A stretch of 64,000 nt of DNA, taken from Lama glama. Lineage: Eukaryota. Of this stretch, positions 39,151 to 51,692 are shown piece after piece (positions within the stretch are counted from its first letter, which is position 1; every line of letters starts with the position of its first letter). Made by a program: the position numbers and the translations under genes. The stretch spans positions 22,942,001 through 23,006,000 of the forward strand of contig CM052817.1 of the NCBI GenBank assembly GCA_028534125.1, in the 5' to 3' direction. Below the pieces are notes generated by a model. The model did not search any database. It was not told where the DNA came from and saw nothing but the letters and a program-made list of their open reading frames with translations.

Positions 39151-42100
39151 AGCATATCTTAAGCTCAAATGCCACAGACATTCATTTATAGAATAAGCAA
39201 GAAATGCATATGATAACAATTTAATAAAAAATCTAGGTATGACCTCTGAGTATCATTAGGTGTTTGATGCTGTTACTTCAGGAAACTGCACATAATTGAG
39301 TAAACCTTTTCAAACAGAAGGAGAAAATATTTTTACAAATATGAAGACATTTAAGGATTTCCCTCTTTGTTTTACTTTGTTCAACACCTCTTCTGTTTTT
39401 TGGTTGGGTTTTTTTTTTTGCATATTTTATATTGCATCAAGTAGTCTATGGACTAAAACAGGAAAAATAAAATACTCCTATAGAATCACTAAAATCAATA
39501 ATTTAAATTCCCTAGTCTATTTTAAATGAATCTACACTTGAAAACTACTTTTTTATCTGATGGTTAAATTCATTAATTCAGTGACGAGTATAGAAGCAGT
39601 ATCTATAGGTCAGAGAAGACCCTTGATCTCAATAAGCTTACTCATAGATAGAAAAGGTTTTATATGTACATAAAATGATTAAAATGATGGGAGTACTTCA
39701 GATGAAAGTAGCACTAAAAGCGCCCTGAATCAAGATGAATGGGAAACTATTCCAATAAACATATTTTGGATTAAAAAAAAATGATGGAAGTAGCACTTTG
39801 AACTACTCCCTAGTTTTCACAATACGATTCTGGTAGCTAACAACGAATGGATATTTTTAGAAATGTAGAGAAAGTTCTTGAAATTTATTTTTTCACAGAA
39901 GTCAAAATAATTTTAGCTTAAGACACTAGGATGTGTGAACTAGCACTCAATCCAACTCCGTATTATTTCTTTCTCCAGAGTATCCCTTCCCCTCTAAACA
40001 GTATTCTCTTTAGGCTGATTAACAGTAATAGCTGTTTGCTCATAGTTGATCTCAATCCAGAATTCCTCCTGAGGTGTATCTGTAAGTGCATTTGCCTTTA
40101 TCCTGTTTTGGCAGAATGTGTTAGTACTTGATCTTCTTCCACGACCATGACTGCTGGGTAAAGAATAATTTTCCAAAACAGAGAAAACTTTTTTTGCACC
40201 AAAACATAGATCATAAGTATGACTCCTGGGTACATAATAATCTTAAGGAACAGGAAAAACCTCTATGCAACAAAGCATAGCTCTGCACTGACGAGGGGCC
40301 TTTATTTCAGCCTGTGAGTTGATACACCAGTCTAAGTAGTGTAAGTGACCACATGATCATTACTTGGTAAGAATTAGCAAAGAAATATGGAATTCTAAGC
40401 ATTATTTAGGTTTTCAGAATAATAAGACATTATTACAGATGGACTCAAAGAAAATAAGCAGTTAAGTCCTGTTTCTTCTACAGGTAAATGTCCATTTCTT
40501 TGTTTTTTGTTTCTTGTTTTTTTTTACTAGATTAGTTAACAAAAGTATATACTCAACTATTAAGTAAATTAGGTTTTTTCAGAGAATGTAAGTCATGTTG
40601 AAATATTTCAATCTTGATAATGAGCATATTTAATTTAATAACAGTACAAATATTTAAAACTTTCCACTTTCAATAAATATTACTAGTAGATTTTCTGCTT
40701 TTAATCATTCAATTTTCATGTTTTCATTTTCTTTATACTTTATCACATATGTTGAATCTTAATAGAAATAAAGTGCACCAACCAGCAATCAACACTCATG
40801 TGTCTGGCACTCTGCATGTTACATTTTATTTTTTCAATAATACACTGATTACAAAAAATTGAAACCAATGAGAAAATTTAAAAAGTACTACCTGGCTAAT
40901 TTCCTTAACAGGTAAAACACAGAGTAACATATATGATACACAATGTATTTGGCCAAGTGCATGTACTGAAATTCATTTCATTTCCATAGGTGGAACATTT
41001 TGAGGAAATGCCTCTGTTTTACTCTCTGGTCACACATCAAGAAATCTCCACTTGCTATTTAACTGAGGAGTCAGATCTCTGTGGAGATGTACAGAAGTAT
41101 TGTTATGTTAACTATGTTGTTTTCATAGAAATTTTATTCTCAGATTAACTTTTATATTTCCTTTCAATCTAGTTTAGGAGAAGTGACCTATTCCCTTCTT
41201 TAATATTCCCTAAGCTGTATTTTTTCCTTAAATTGAGCTGTTCCAGATTATACATGGATTCAAAGAGAACTAGTTAAGTTCTATTTCTTCTACAGGCAAA
41301 TACATGTCTTTATGTACACACACACACACATGTATTCTTTTTTTACTAGATTCTTTCACAAAATTATACCCTCATCCACTAAGTAAATTGGGTTTTTCAG
41401 CGAATGCAAATCACGTTGAAAAGTTCCTGTTCTTGAGAATGAACATGTTTAACTTAATGCCTATATTAAAAACATTTAAATACAAATATTAAAAGTTAAA
41501 AATTAAGATTTTCATAGGTTGATTCAGATTGTACACAGCTAAGATATATTTTATTACCTAATGGGTCATATTCATTTCATCAATGACCCAATGCTCTATA
41601 AAACTCTCTTTAAAAATTCCAACAAGTTTGTCCATTCTCTCAGTTCTAAATTTTATAATTAAACAAGGTATATCATTTCATATTTTATACCACGTTTTAA
41701 TCAGCTTTTCCTTTTAGTTTTATTCCTCACCCCAAAAAACAAATCTTTGCTGCTGAAAATTAATCTTCTAAGCTTCTTGTTGGCAAAGACAAGAGAAAGG
41801 CTTTAGATAATCTAGAGTATTTTAAGCTCTCTCCCATGGGAAAGCAAATACTGTAATTTTTTTACATACAGGTTTTCTCTGAACTGTGAACAGATTTTTT
41901 TTTCAGAACTGTTTGTATTATAGTCATTTAAAACTAAAAACGATTTTTTAACAGGAACAAAGACATGCCAGTAAATGTTATAAAGGATCCTAGACAAATT
42001 GCTCATAACACATTACAGGATACACTAAAATTATAGACTCTTTCTTTCTTTTTTTTTTTTTTATTCCTTCTGGATCCTTTCTCCTCAGACATCAATGTTC

Positions 42101-42205
42101 TCTTGCAAATAACTTTAAATTGGATATTAATAAACCTTTTTTGACATAGCCTCTATTACAAATTGTCTTAAACTTCCTTTTCACTCAGCAACAGTCTTTC
42201 AGCAA

Positions 42206-42224
42206 AATGCCACTAGGTGGTAAG
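42206..42224 (+). promoter_or_regulatory. Candidate CTCF-binding motif
   Basis: 'aatgCCACTAGGTGGtaag' matches the CTCF core CCASYAGRKGG but lacks the usual C that follows it. Confidence 0.4.
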
Positions 42225-43194
42225 TGAAAATTAATTCTATAGTAACAATGCATGCTGATGTTATAATTAATGTTACTATTACACTAGTTACATTATTGTT
42301 ACACTAATGTTACTATTATTGGAAGTATGAGACATACATTTCTGATTTTTTTATGAAAAAGAATATTTGATAAAATTAGTCTGCAAAGCATAAAAATTGT
42401 TTAACAAAGTTAAATCAAGTTACTCAATAAATGCTAGAATAAATTTTTGAGGTGGGCGGGAGGCTATGAATTTTGATATAGCCATTATTGGGAGTCTATC
42501 AAAGGACAGCTACTCTAAAGGTTTTATTGTTGTCGTTGTTTTGAGAATGGCTCAACTTTGCTCTTTCCTTCCTTGCTTTCTGAATGCACAGTTTTTGAGA
42601 AGTTCCAAGCCTTTTCAGCTCTCTCTTAGGAAGCATAAAGCAATGGCCTACAGGTAGAGTGATATAGATAACGCAGAGCTTAGGGTGATCTTATATAGTT
42701 TATATAGAAGATAGATGTTTGTATATCAAGAACTGCTTATAAATTACCCTTTAATCTCTTTATTAAAACAATTATATCTGTAAGTCATTAATTAACTATA
42801 AGCAATGGCACATTATTGAAGTATAATCATAGTAAATTTTTGACTTTCACTTAATTAAATTGAGAATATCAAAGCAGCAATGCTATATTATATATGATAA
42901 ACATGTATTTTGTGTTGTTTTAACTCAGTATTAAAATGTTATGCTAAAAATGTCTTATACAACTATTTTTATTTGTTTTCTATTTTCCCCATTGTGATAT
43001 GTATCTATATAGATTAAATTTGTATGATACATATAGGCTAAATGTATGTTTTATATTTTTTGTACATTATATATTATATAATATACATTATACATCAAAT
43101 GGCATTTTATATGTTATATAAATATACACATACATAAAACATATGAAATATGTTATATCACATATATTATAAATCATTGCTAAATCTTGTATTC

Positions 43195-43418
43195 CCTACA
43201 GTATGTGCTTGTGCTGTTGTGCACACTTCACAATTTTTATTTTAACCTTCACAGCAACTTTAAAGGACAGGGAGCTACCATAATTTTCCCACATTTAATA
43301 GGTAGCACTGAGGGACAGAGAGGTTGCATGCATTGGTCAAGATCTCCTAGAATACTAGATGGAAGCTGAGCATCAAACTAGGCCATCTGCTTCTGCCACT
43401 ACGCCCTAATCACTGTTC
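43195..43418 (-). mobile_element. MIR
   Basis: 'tttaaccttcacagcaact...actgagggacagagaggtt...ggtcaagatc...gaagctgagcatcaaactagg'. Confidence 0.8.
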
Positions 43419-45612
43419 CATAGAAGAGAATATATGCCATTGTAATAGCACAGGCATAATTAGTCTGACTACAAGCAACTTTTTACAAGTATGTATAAGA
43501 GATTATTTATTAAATATTTAATCTCTTGTCAGAAAAATATTTTATGCAAAATTTGATGCTATCTCAGGTAAGGAAGCTTAGAACATTAAAAAGGTGGCAA
43601 TTATAAACACAAGCACTGAGTTTCTAGCAAAGGCTTACACATGATATCCAGACTTTCCGTTTCCTGCCACTTAAAGCAAGATGTTCTTTATCACTCGATA
43701 GCATAACCCAAATGTAGTTAAATGAATTAATTTTCGTTGTCTAATAAGAAGTCCTGACATTGATTTCTCTTTCTGACCTCTACATAATTTTGCAAGAAGT
43801 AAATTTTTATTAAGTATGAGAATGACATTGGAAATTGAGATTTTTCAATGTAACTAATTTTAAATCACTGCTAAACCCATGTGTTGATTACTTTAGTCTG
43901 TGCAAAGAGTCATTAGCAATCCTGAGACTAAACACGAAACTGCCGTGTTCAGTATTAAAATAGTCCTGTTGATTTGCTAAAGGACAAACTGAACATGCCA
44001 TGGTTAAGGTACTTTTATTAGAAAATACTTTGATATTGATTTGCTTGCTTGATTTCAATAAGCATTTTATTTTTCTTATTGCGAAGTCAACCTTAGCATG
44101 TACTTTCAAAATCATTTATATATAATAAAATTCTAATAATCCAGAATGATTAAGTCCTATTACAAACCATAAAAAATGCTATACTAATGTTCACATTCTA
44201 TAATGTCATTAGCACCCTTCGTTTTCTGAAACTTATCATACAGTCATAACTGTTTCAGAGTCACAGTTTCTCAAAATGGCACTTAATATGTAGCAAAACC
44301 TTAGACATCCTTGCTACTCATTTAGTATCCACTAATTTTTAATGAAAGTTGCTCTTATATATCCTGATTATCTGGGTGACAATGATCAGTGGCCAGATTA
44401 AAAATGTCACATTACAAATATACAGATGGCAAAGATTTTCTCACAAATAAATTTCAAAGCTGTTGAGCTGTCTCCCTAATAAAGAAATGGAAACAATTTC
44501 TGTTCCCATGATGTTTTCTTCCCATGATGGTTGCACAATGATTAAAAAAAGAAGTCTTTAATTTCAGAACACTTTCGCATTATCCCCAAGCTTTAGGGAA
44601 AACTAGCACGTGTGCAGCAGTTCACGTAAGGACGGGCACACAGGCACACACTGTACTGTGTTGACCTTGTGATCTTGATGCTACTGCTGCTGTTACTAGC
44701 ATTCCTATTTGCAAAAGGCAAAGAAATAATTATTAGAAACGTCAAGATCAAGTATCTATTGCTTATTACTTGAAAGCATATAGATTTTTAATTTTAACTT
44801 GCATTAGCTAGGTGGGAAGACATTAAATTACTCAACTTTGCTGAAGATTTTTAAAACTTCCTGTACTTCTCTGCTTCCTTTACATCACAAGTTTCAAATA
44901 TAGAGTATATTTATTTTATTGTGTAATTTAAAACTACAAAGTGTCAGAAAAATATGCAGAATATATAGTGTCAATACTCAATTCAATTTCCAAGAGAAAA
45001 TCTCCAAGTATTCTACTAATAAAAGATCAGTTACGGTAAAACTTAGCTTCAAATCACTTACATGATAAAATTCAGATATTCTACTTATTTTCAAGATCAT
45101 TTCTTCAGATATTTTATGATTCCCAAATTTAGCTACAATCTGTGTGTATATATGCAAGTGGTGTAAGTGTGCTTTCTTGATATCATATGACATAAAGGAC
45201 ATTTCATTTAACCCCATTACAATACTTTTAATTTTAATGTCTTTCCAATGATTCTATTTTTATCCAAATTCTGGAGTTACAAGTACCATCATACAGAACA
45301 TTTGAAATATTTTCATATTTTGCCTACTGTTGCTAACTAAATGTTCCACTGTATAAAAAGCTTATGAATTATTAATGAGAATTTTAAAAATATATTGTTA
45401 TAAGGTAACAAATTATTTGGATTCTAGAATACAACGTGACCCACCAAAATGCTATAATCAAGCATCAGTTTGTATCTCAGTCTGACAAGATGTGCTACAA
45501 ATGCCTCATCACAGTTTATGAACATTCTGACCATCTGGTTTGCCCTTTGCTAACAAAAGTCACCAATAAACAAACAAACAAGCAAGCAATCAAGACACAG
45601 ATGTTGGGTTAT

Positions 45613-46478
45613 CATTCATTCATTCACTGAGATATTTACTGGATGCCAGAATCACTGATTTGGGCACTTGAAAGACATCATTGAACAAAACAGATTGGGA
45701 AAAAAAAAAAGAATATTGCCCTGCAGAATTTACATAAGCAGCATAATAATAAATTGTATAGCAAACTAGAAGGTCATAAGCACTATTGAAGGGAAATAAT
45801 AGAGCAGGATAAGTTGAATCATACACACCAATCTATGAGGAGGGGATAAGGACAGGTCACAATTTAACACAGAATGGTAAAAATGAGGCCTCTTTGAGAA
45901 GATGACAGTTATGCAAAGACTTGAAAGAAGAAAGAGCTAGCTATGTGGATTTCTGGAGAAAGTTCTCTCCAGGTGGAGGGAACATTCAGTGCAAGGGCTT
46001 TATGGCTGGGACACACCTGGGATAGTTGAGGAACATCAAGGAAATGATGTAGGTGAATCAGTGATTAAGAGAGGGAACAGCAGGATGAATTCTGAGAGGA
46101 AACAGGTTCCAACTGTGGTCAAATGCTGCGTACCACTGTGAGGGTCTTGGCTTTCACTTTGAATGAAATCGGGAGACGCTGGAGGATTTTAAGCAGAAGA
46201 AAGACTTGATCTGTCTTTGAAGGATCACACTGGCTGATGTATTGACATTTTTTTAGGCGAATGAGAAAAGAAGCAGCTTACTACTTTAAAAGTTTACCCA
46301 GGATGGTAACATTAGAGTAGCAATAGAAATTATAAAGTGGCAGGATTTTGGATACAATTGGATGACTTGGAAATAGGATGTGAGAGAAAAAGAAAGTAAA
46401 GGGAGACAGCTTTTTGGTCTGATTAAATAGGAGGATGAAATAAATATTCACTAATTGGGATGGTGAAGAACGAACTAT
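45613..46478 (-). mobile_element. LINE-2 (L2a-like) 3' fragment
   Basis: Starts with the cattcattcattc tail; 'gaggcctctttgagaagatgaca', 'cagtgcaagggc', 'ggaggattttaagcag', 'aaggatcacactggctg'. Confidence 0.9.
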
Positions 46479-46497
46479 CAAGATTTCTGCACCGGTT

Positions 46498-46523
46498 GTG
46501 CTCGCTTTGGCAGCACCTACACT
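46498..46523 (+). pseudogene. RNU6: U6 snRNA 5'-fragment retropseudogene (tailless)
   Basis: gtgctcgctttggcagcacctacact versus the U6 5' end GTGCTCGCTTCGGCAGCACATATACT (3 differences in 26 nt); flanked by a direct repeat, agatttctgcacc (46481) and agatttctgcgcc (46525). Confidence 0.9.
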
Positions 46524-48231
46524 GAGATTTCTGCGCCATTCCAGATTATCAGCTTTTAATTACATCAAGTAATGTGAATAATAAATAATGCTGACTTTTG
46601 TTTGAGATCTGCCAATGCTCATTTTGTGGATGCTGGACATTATGTTTCGTTAGGGCTTTGAAGATGTGCTATTCCCGTGACCCAAATGAGCAATTAACTA
46701 ATGGGTTGGTAAGATTTCCATATGATTTTTGTTTAGGTTCTGGATCCACAAGGATGTTGCTGATCACAGGCTCAAGTAGTCTTATTGGTACTGTCTGTTT
46801 AAAATGCTTATATTACACCTTCAAGCTAGGTAGGAAAAATAAAACTTTCATCTGAGTGCTAGTCAGTGTGCTCAAGACTTCCATAGGAAGATACTGAATG
46901 TGTGCTTCAAATTTAAATTTTGGTAAACAAGTATTTTTTTTGAAGCACATCATCACTCTTGTCAAGACATACGTGTCTTATTTACTAATATGTAATGAAA
47001 AGTGCTTGAGACCAAAACTATTTCTAGGGATTTTGTTTTGCTACTTGAAATAATCTTTTGGTAAATTTTATTTATCTCAGTGTTGTGAATGACAACTGGC
47101 ACACAATATAATGTCAAGTAGTTAAACACAGAGCAAAGGGAGTGGCAGAAAGTAGAATAAACTATAAAAATAATATTCCTACATAATCTGAACTATTGTC
47201 TATTACAAATTATGGAGATAAATATATGACTTTAAAAATCTATAGAAACTTAAATGAGAGGGGTATTCAATCAGATGTAATTTAAAGACAATTGTTAATA
47301 TCCATGTAATGTTGATGCCTAGAAGCCTACTGATTTCCTGTGTAAAGGATAAAAGCTCTTTTAAAATGTCAAAAAAAAAAACCCTTAGAATATTTGCTTG
47401 TATTCATTTCTCTCACTCCTTACATAAAGCTATAAATTTTGTGAAAGAATTTTCACTATGGAGAGATTTCAGTAAAATTTCTGTAAAAAGAAAAAATATT
47501 ATATATGTGTATATATATATGTACACATAGATTCATATTATGCTCCTCAATGAAGCTCACCCAACTTTATTTTATACTTTCTCTATCTGTTTGTTTGGCT
47601 CAATTCTGGACACTAGTATGTCTAAAGCAAGTGATACTGTTTGCCCAACAGAAATCTATAGTCAGCAACCTCATTTCTATTTCTGCCTTCCATAACTGGG
47701 CCAGAGAGTTTTGCTTAAGATAAAAAAACTACTCTAATTCACCTATTTTTTAATCTGTATAGGGTTCTGCAAAAGGACATGTAAAAATATTATCCAAACA
47801 TATTGGGAAGATTAAGGGAAGGAAGAATAAAATATTTCTTTAGAAGGGTGCCTAAATCAATTAGAGGAAAGCTAATAACTAGATAAAAAAGCTTCTCTTT
47901 CAAATTTCTAGAACTACCCATCTGAAAATAGCTATCTTTGTAATATGTTCTTCTGTGGCTTCTAGCAAGAAAAACTTCTTCACCTATTGATACAGTTTCA
48001 TATATATTTAATATTAACAGACTATTCTAGATCCACATATTTCTTAGTATTTTAATTTAGACTGGCTTCATCACTTTTTAAAATTATGATTCCCCTACTG
48101 CATGTGTAACATGCAAGTTATTATCAAGTATGAATCAGGTTTTTTAAAATGCATATTTTCTTTTTTTTTTAATTCATTGAATGATTAAATAGTGTTTTTT
48201 TTTAAATAAATGAAGTAAACAATCTAGACAG

Positions 48232-48668
48232 AGGCTAAATACTGCATGATTCCAATTATGTGACATTCTGGAAAAGGCAAAACTATGGAGACAGCAAAAA
48301 GATCAGTGACTGTCAGAGGTTGGGGGGAGGGTGAGATGAACAGGTGTAACAAAGAGGATTTTCAGGGCAGTGAAACTACTCTGCATGATGATATAATGGT
48401 GGACACACGTTGCTACATATTTGTTTAAGCTCTTAGAATGTACTACACCAAAAAGGGAACCCTAAGGTAAACAATGAACTTTGGGTTATAAAGATATGTC
48501 AACATCAGTTCATCAACTGTAATAAAACCACCACTCTGCTGAAGATTTTAATAAGGAGGCTATACATACGTAGCAGCAAGGGATATATGGGAAATCTCTG
48601 TGTCTTCCACTCAGTTTTACTGTGAGCCTAAAATGACTGAAAAAATAATGTCTGTTGAAAACAAAACC
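48232..48668 (+). mobile_element. L1MC1-like 3' UTR
   Basis: 'tactgcatgattccaattatgtgacattctggaaaaggcaaaactatggagacag...gaaccctaaggtaaac...atatgggaaatctctgt...ctcagttttactgtgagcctaaaa'. Confidence 0.9.
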
Positions 48669-48799
48669 AAGTCTAGGCTAATGAGTCATGAGGAAAAGAA
48701 GAGATAAAAATGTTCTACAAACAACGACTCATAAATTTTAACAACTTTTTTAGACCATAATATAGTCTAATTAGCACAGTGACATATACAGGCCTTTAT

Positions 48800-49145
48800 T
48801 CTTCTCTGGGAGCAGAGTGGTGAATGGATTGGAGGTGTTGAGAAAGAGAAAATAAAGAAAGATCAGTTTTAAGAGGTTACTATACTAGACAGAAATTAAT
48901 AAAAGCTGAGGACACTGGAATTAGATTAACAGACAGACTTGTGAGATAATCAGGAGGAAGAGCACTTTGAATTTAGTGAGGAAAGGGGCAAGGCAGAAGG
49001 GACCGAGCAGAGTCAAAGATGGCAGCTAAGATTCAGGCACTTGCACCAGTGTTAATGCTGATGGCATCTGCCCAGCTAAGGGAATGTTGTAAAACAAGGA
49101 AGCTCTGAGGAGAGAAGGGGAGAGTTCATCAGTTCACTTTTTATG
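48800..49145 (-). mobile_element. LINE-2 fragment
   Basis: 'gaatggattggagg', 'gatcagttttaagaggttact', 'gagtcaaagatg'. Confidence 0.6.
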
Positions 49146-49465
49146 TTTTATCATTAGTCATTAGGAATCCACACACAGGGTACAAACAAATGAAAAAAAT
49201 ATCGAGAATATCTGAAATTGAAAGTTAAAAGGAATGTCTTCAACAAGAGCTTTGTTCTAGGGGAAGAAGCTCTGAACCAGGTATCTAGGTGAATCAGTGG
49301 CATCTAATGACCTTATGCAAGATATTTAATTTCATCAAACATTACTTTTCTCACCCTGAAAACATACATGGTTGGTCATGCAATTTAAAATTCTTTTTGC
49401 TACTATCAAGCTAAGATTGAATAATTTCATCCACTTCAGTTTCTTAATTTCTATAATGAAAAATT

Positions 49466-49682
49466 GGAGATGTAATATAGACTGCATTGTATATTTGAAA
49501 GTTACTGAAAAGAGTAGATCTTAAAAGTTTATAGCACAAGAAAAAAATGTAACTTGGTGATGGATGTTAACTAGACGTATTGTGGTAATCATTTTGCAAT
49601 ATACACATATATAGAATTATTATGCTGTACACCTGAAATCAATATAATGTTATGTGTCAATTATATCTCAACAAAAAAAAAA
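49466..49682 (+). mobile_element. L1MA9-like 3' end with A-tail
   Basis: 'ttgtatatttgaaagttact...gagtagatcttaaaagt...gatggatgttaactag...gctgtacacctgaaa...tcaattatatctcaac' plus poly(A); possible degenerate TSD ctataatgaaaaatt / ctgtaacagagaatt. Confidence 0.9.
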
Positions 49683-50927
49683 CTGTAACAGAGAATTTAG
49701 GTTTCATATCCATGCCAAACCCATTTTAATATACTTAATGCTTGCAACATTGTTTGGAAAAAAATTCTGAAACTATGTCCAGACACAGTAGAAGTCTCCT
49801 CATTCTCTCTGAGTATAGGCGGAAAAAGTGGTGAAACATGAATTCAGTGTATGCAATCTCTGGACAAGATTTTGTTTCCATCTCTAGATTTTTATGAGAC
49901 ATTTATGAGTCTTTATATGAGTTTTAGACAATTCCAATTTCATATAACCAAATAAAGAACTACATGCTGCATACGAGAAAATCTTTTTAAAACTGAAGAG
50001 CACCAGGACATCATCAAGGTTACAAGAGATTACAAACACAATTGCCCCTAGCAACAGACTACCATGTACCTAAGGAAAACTTCCTACTATGGTGCAATTT
50101 TATTTCTCAAAAATTTATCATAAGGGAAGATAAGACAAACTGCCCCATTTGTGAATAATGAAAGTAAGACAGACAGTCTTTTCAGCCTGTCCCAGTTTAT
50201 TATCAATTATCTAATTCTTTCTTTTTTAAATGTATGTAAAAATCATCTGTGAAAAGATAGGAGATAGAACTACAGGATTGTCATTTATTGAATACATGAA
50301 AGTGCCTCCTCAACTTTTCTGAAATATGCAATGCAATATATAAAACCATAACATACATGACAAAAATAAGGCCCATCTGAATAGTGTTCTAAGAAATAAC
50401 AAGTATGTACAACCTGAACACCTGGATCTTAAATGAAATTCCCAGTCTACATAAACATGGTGCATGTGTGACAGATTTTATTACAATGCAATGACTTTTT
50501 TCTTATTCAATCCACAACATGAAAAGAGAGCCATGTGTGCAATTTTGTGTGATAATATATAGTTTATTTCTATATGCAAGCTATAAATACAGAGAAGCTC
50601 TGATTTCACTCTACAAGAAGGAATGAAGTTCTGAGTCAGGTTTGTGTAGGAATATATGTATCTTTTTTCTCTTTGACTCCTGTCTTTTCTTGGCTCTTTT
50701 TTTTTTTTTCCCTTTAAGCATCCTTGCTGTTATTCTGCGGCGCAGGCTATTTCCATTCCATGTCAACGTGTGCTGGGTTATGCTTTTCTACTAAGAGTTT
50801 CCTGGTATCTAATTTATACTAATACTGTTTATTTTTGTTTCTTGTCCCTCAAATAGCTTCGTAATTTCACTTTCTAGCATTCGTTATCTTTGCCTTGTCT
50901 TATTTTACACTAGTTAGCCAGATCATG

Positions 50928-51011
50928 TTGTATTGTAGTATTTACTGAGAAAAAAAATCCATGGAAAGTAGATCCCTGAAGTTCAAACCCCTGTTGTGCA
51001 AGGGTGAACTG
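50928..51011 (+). mobile_element. Tigger2-family (Tigger2/MER8-like) terminal fragment
   Basis: 'gtatttactgagaaaaaaaatcc...aagttcaaacccctgttgtgcaagggtgaactg' followed by TA resembles the Tigger2 terminus. Confidence 0.75.
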
Positions 51012-51019
51012 TATTCTAC

Positions 51020-51692
51020 TGGAGCTTGAGTTCCAAGTCCCAAAATGAACTTGAGAGAACTATCCTGAATTACGTCTCAGGTGCCATTTGCTTGAAGTGA
51101 TTTGACTTAAACAGCCAGCTTATACTCCAACACTAATCCAAATCTTACCCTCTCTTTGAAACCATACCATCCAGGGCTGGGAAGGAGAACAACTCAAAGG
51201 GAAACAGAGGTAAGAGGACACCTGCCATAGTGCCTATGAAAGGAGGGCTCTCGCGTGCAAATCCAGGGACATGGCAACAAAGTAATGCACAGCAGCCCCC
51301 AAACCTGTTTTTACTTTTCCATCTATTAGAAGGAAAGAGAAAAACCTTAAAGGGAAAAGAATAATGGCTCAATATTTCATGAAAAGGGAGATTGGGACTT
51401 TAATAGTTGAAAACAAGAGATTGAGAAGAAAGCAGAAGGAATAAAGAGAGAGATCCTATCTCCCATATGAGAAAATAAATGGTCCTGTCTCACACTTAGA
51501 ACTCTAAAAGAGCAGGAGATCACCAAAGAGATGAAATAAAATTTTACATGCTGTGACTTTTAACCTTTAACCTATTTCAACGTTTTAACCCACAAGACCT
51601 TTTTCTGGTGTGCATTTTGGTAATTTGATAAATAAAGTTAGGCTTTTCCTCACCCAGTGGCATGGAATAAGAAAGTAGAAGAGACTTTGACA
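51020..51692 (+). mobile_element. Possible ancient LTR (family unresolved)
   Basis: Purine-rich block with 'aataaag' followed by a U5-like stretch ending '...tgaca'. Confidence 0.3.

Noticed and set aside
50690..50810. Strong pyrimidine tract plus AG followed by an open frame
   Set aside because: The T-run can explain the acceptor, the donor (gtatct) is poor and the peptide is unrecognised.
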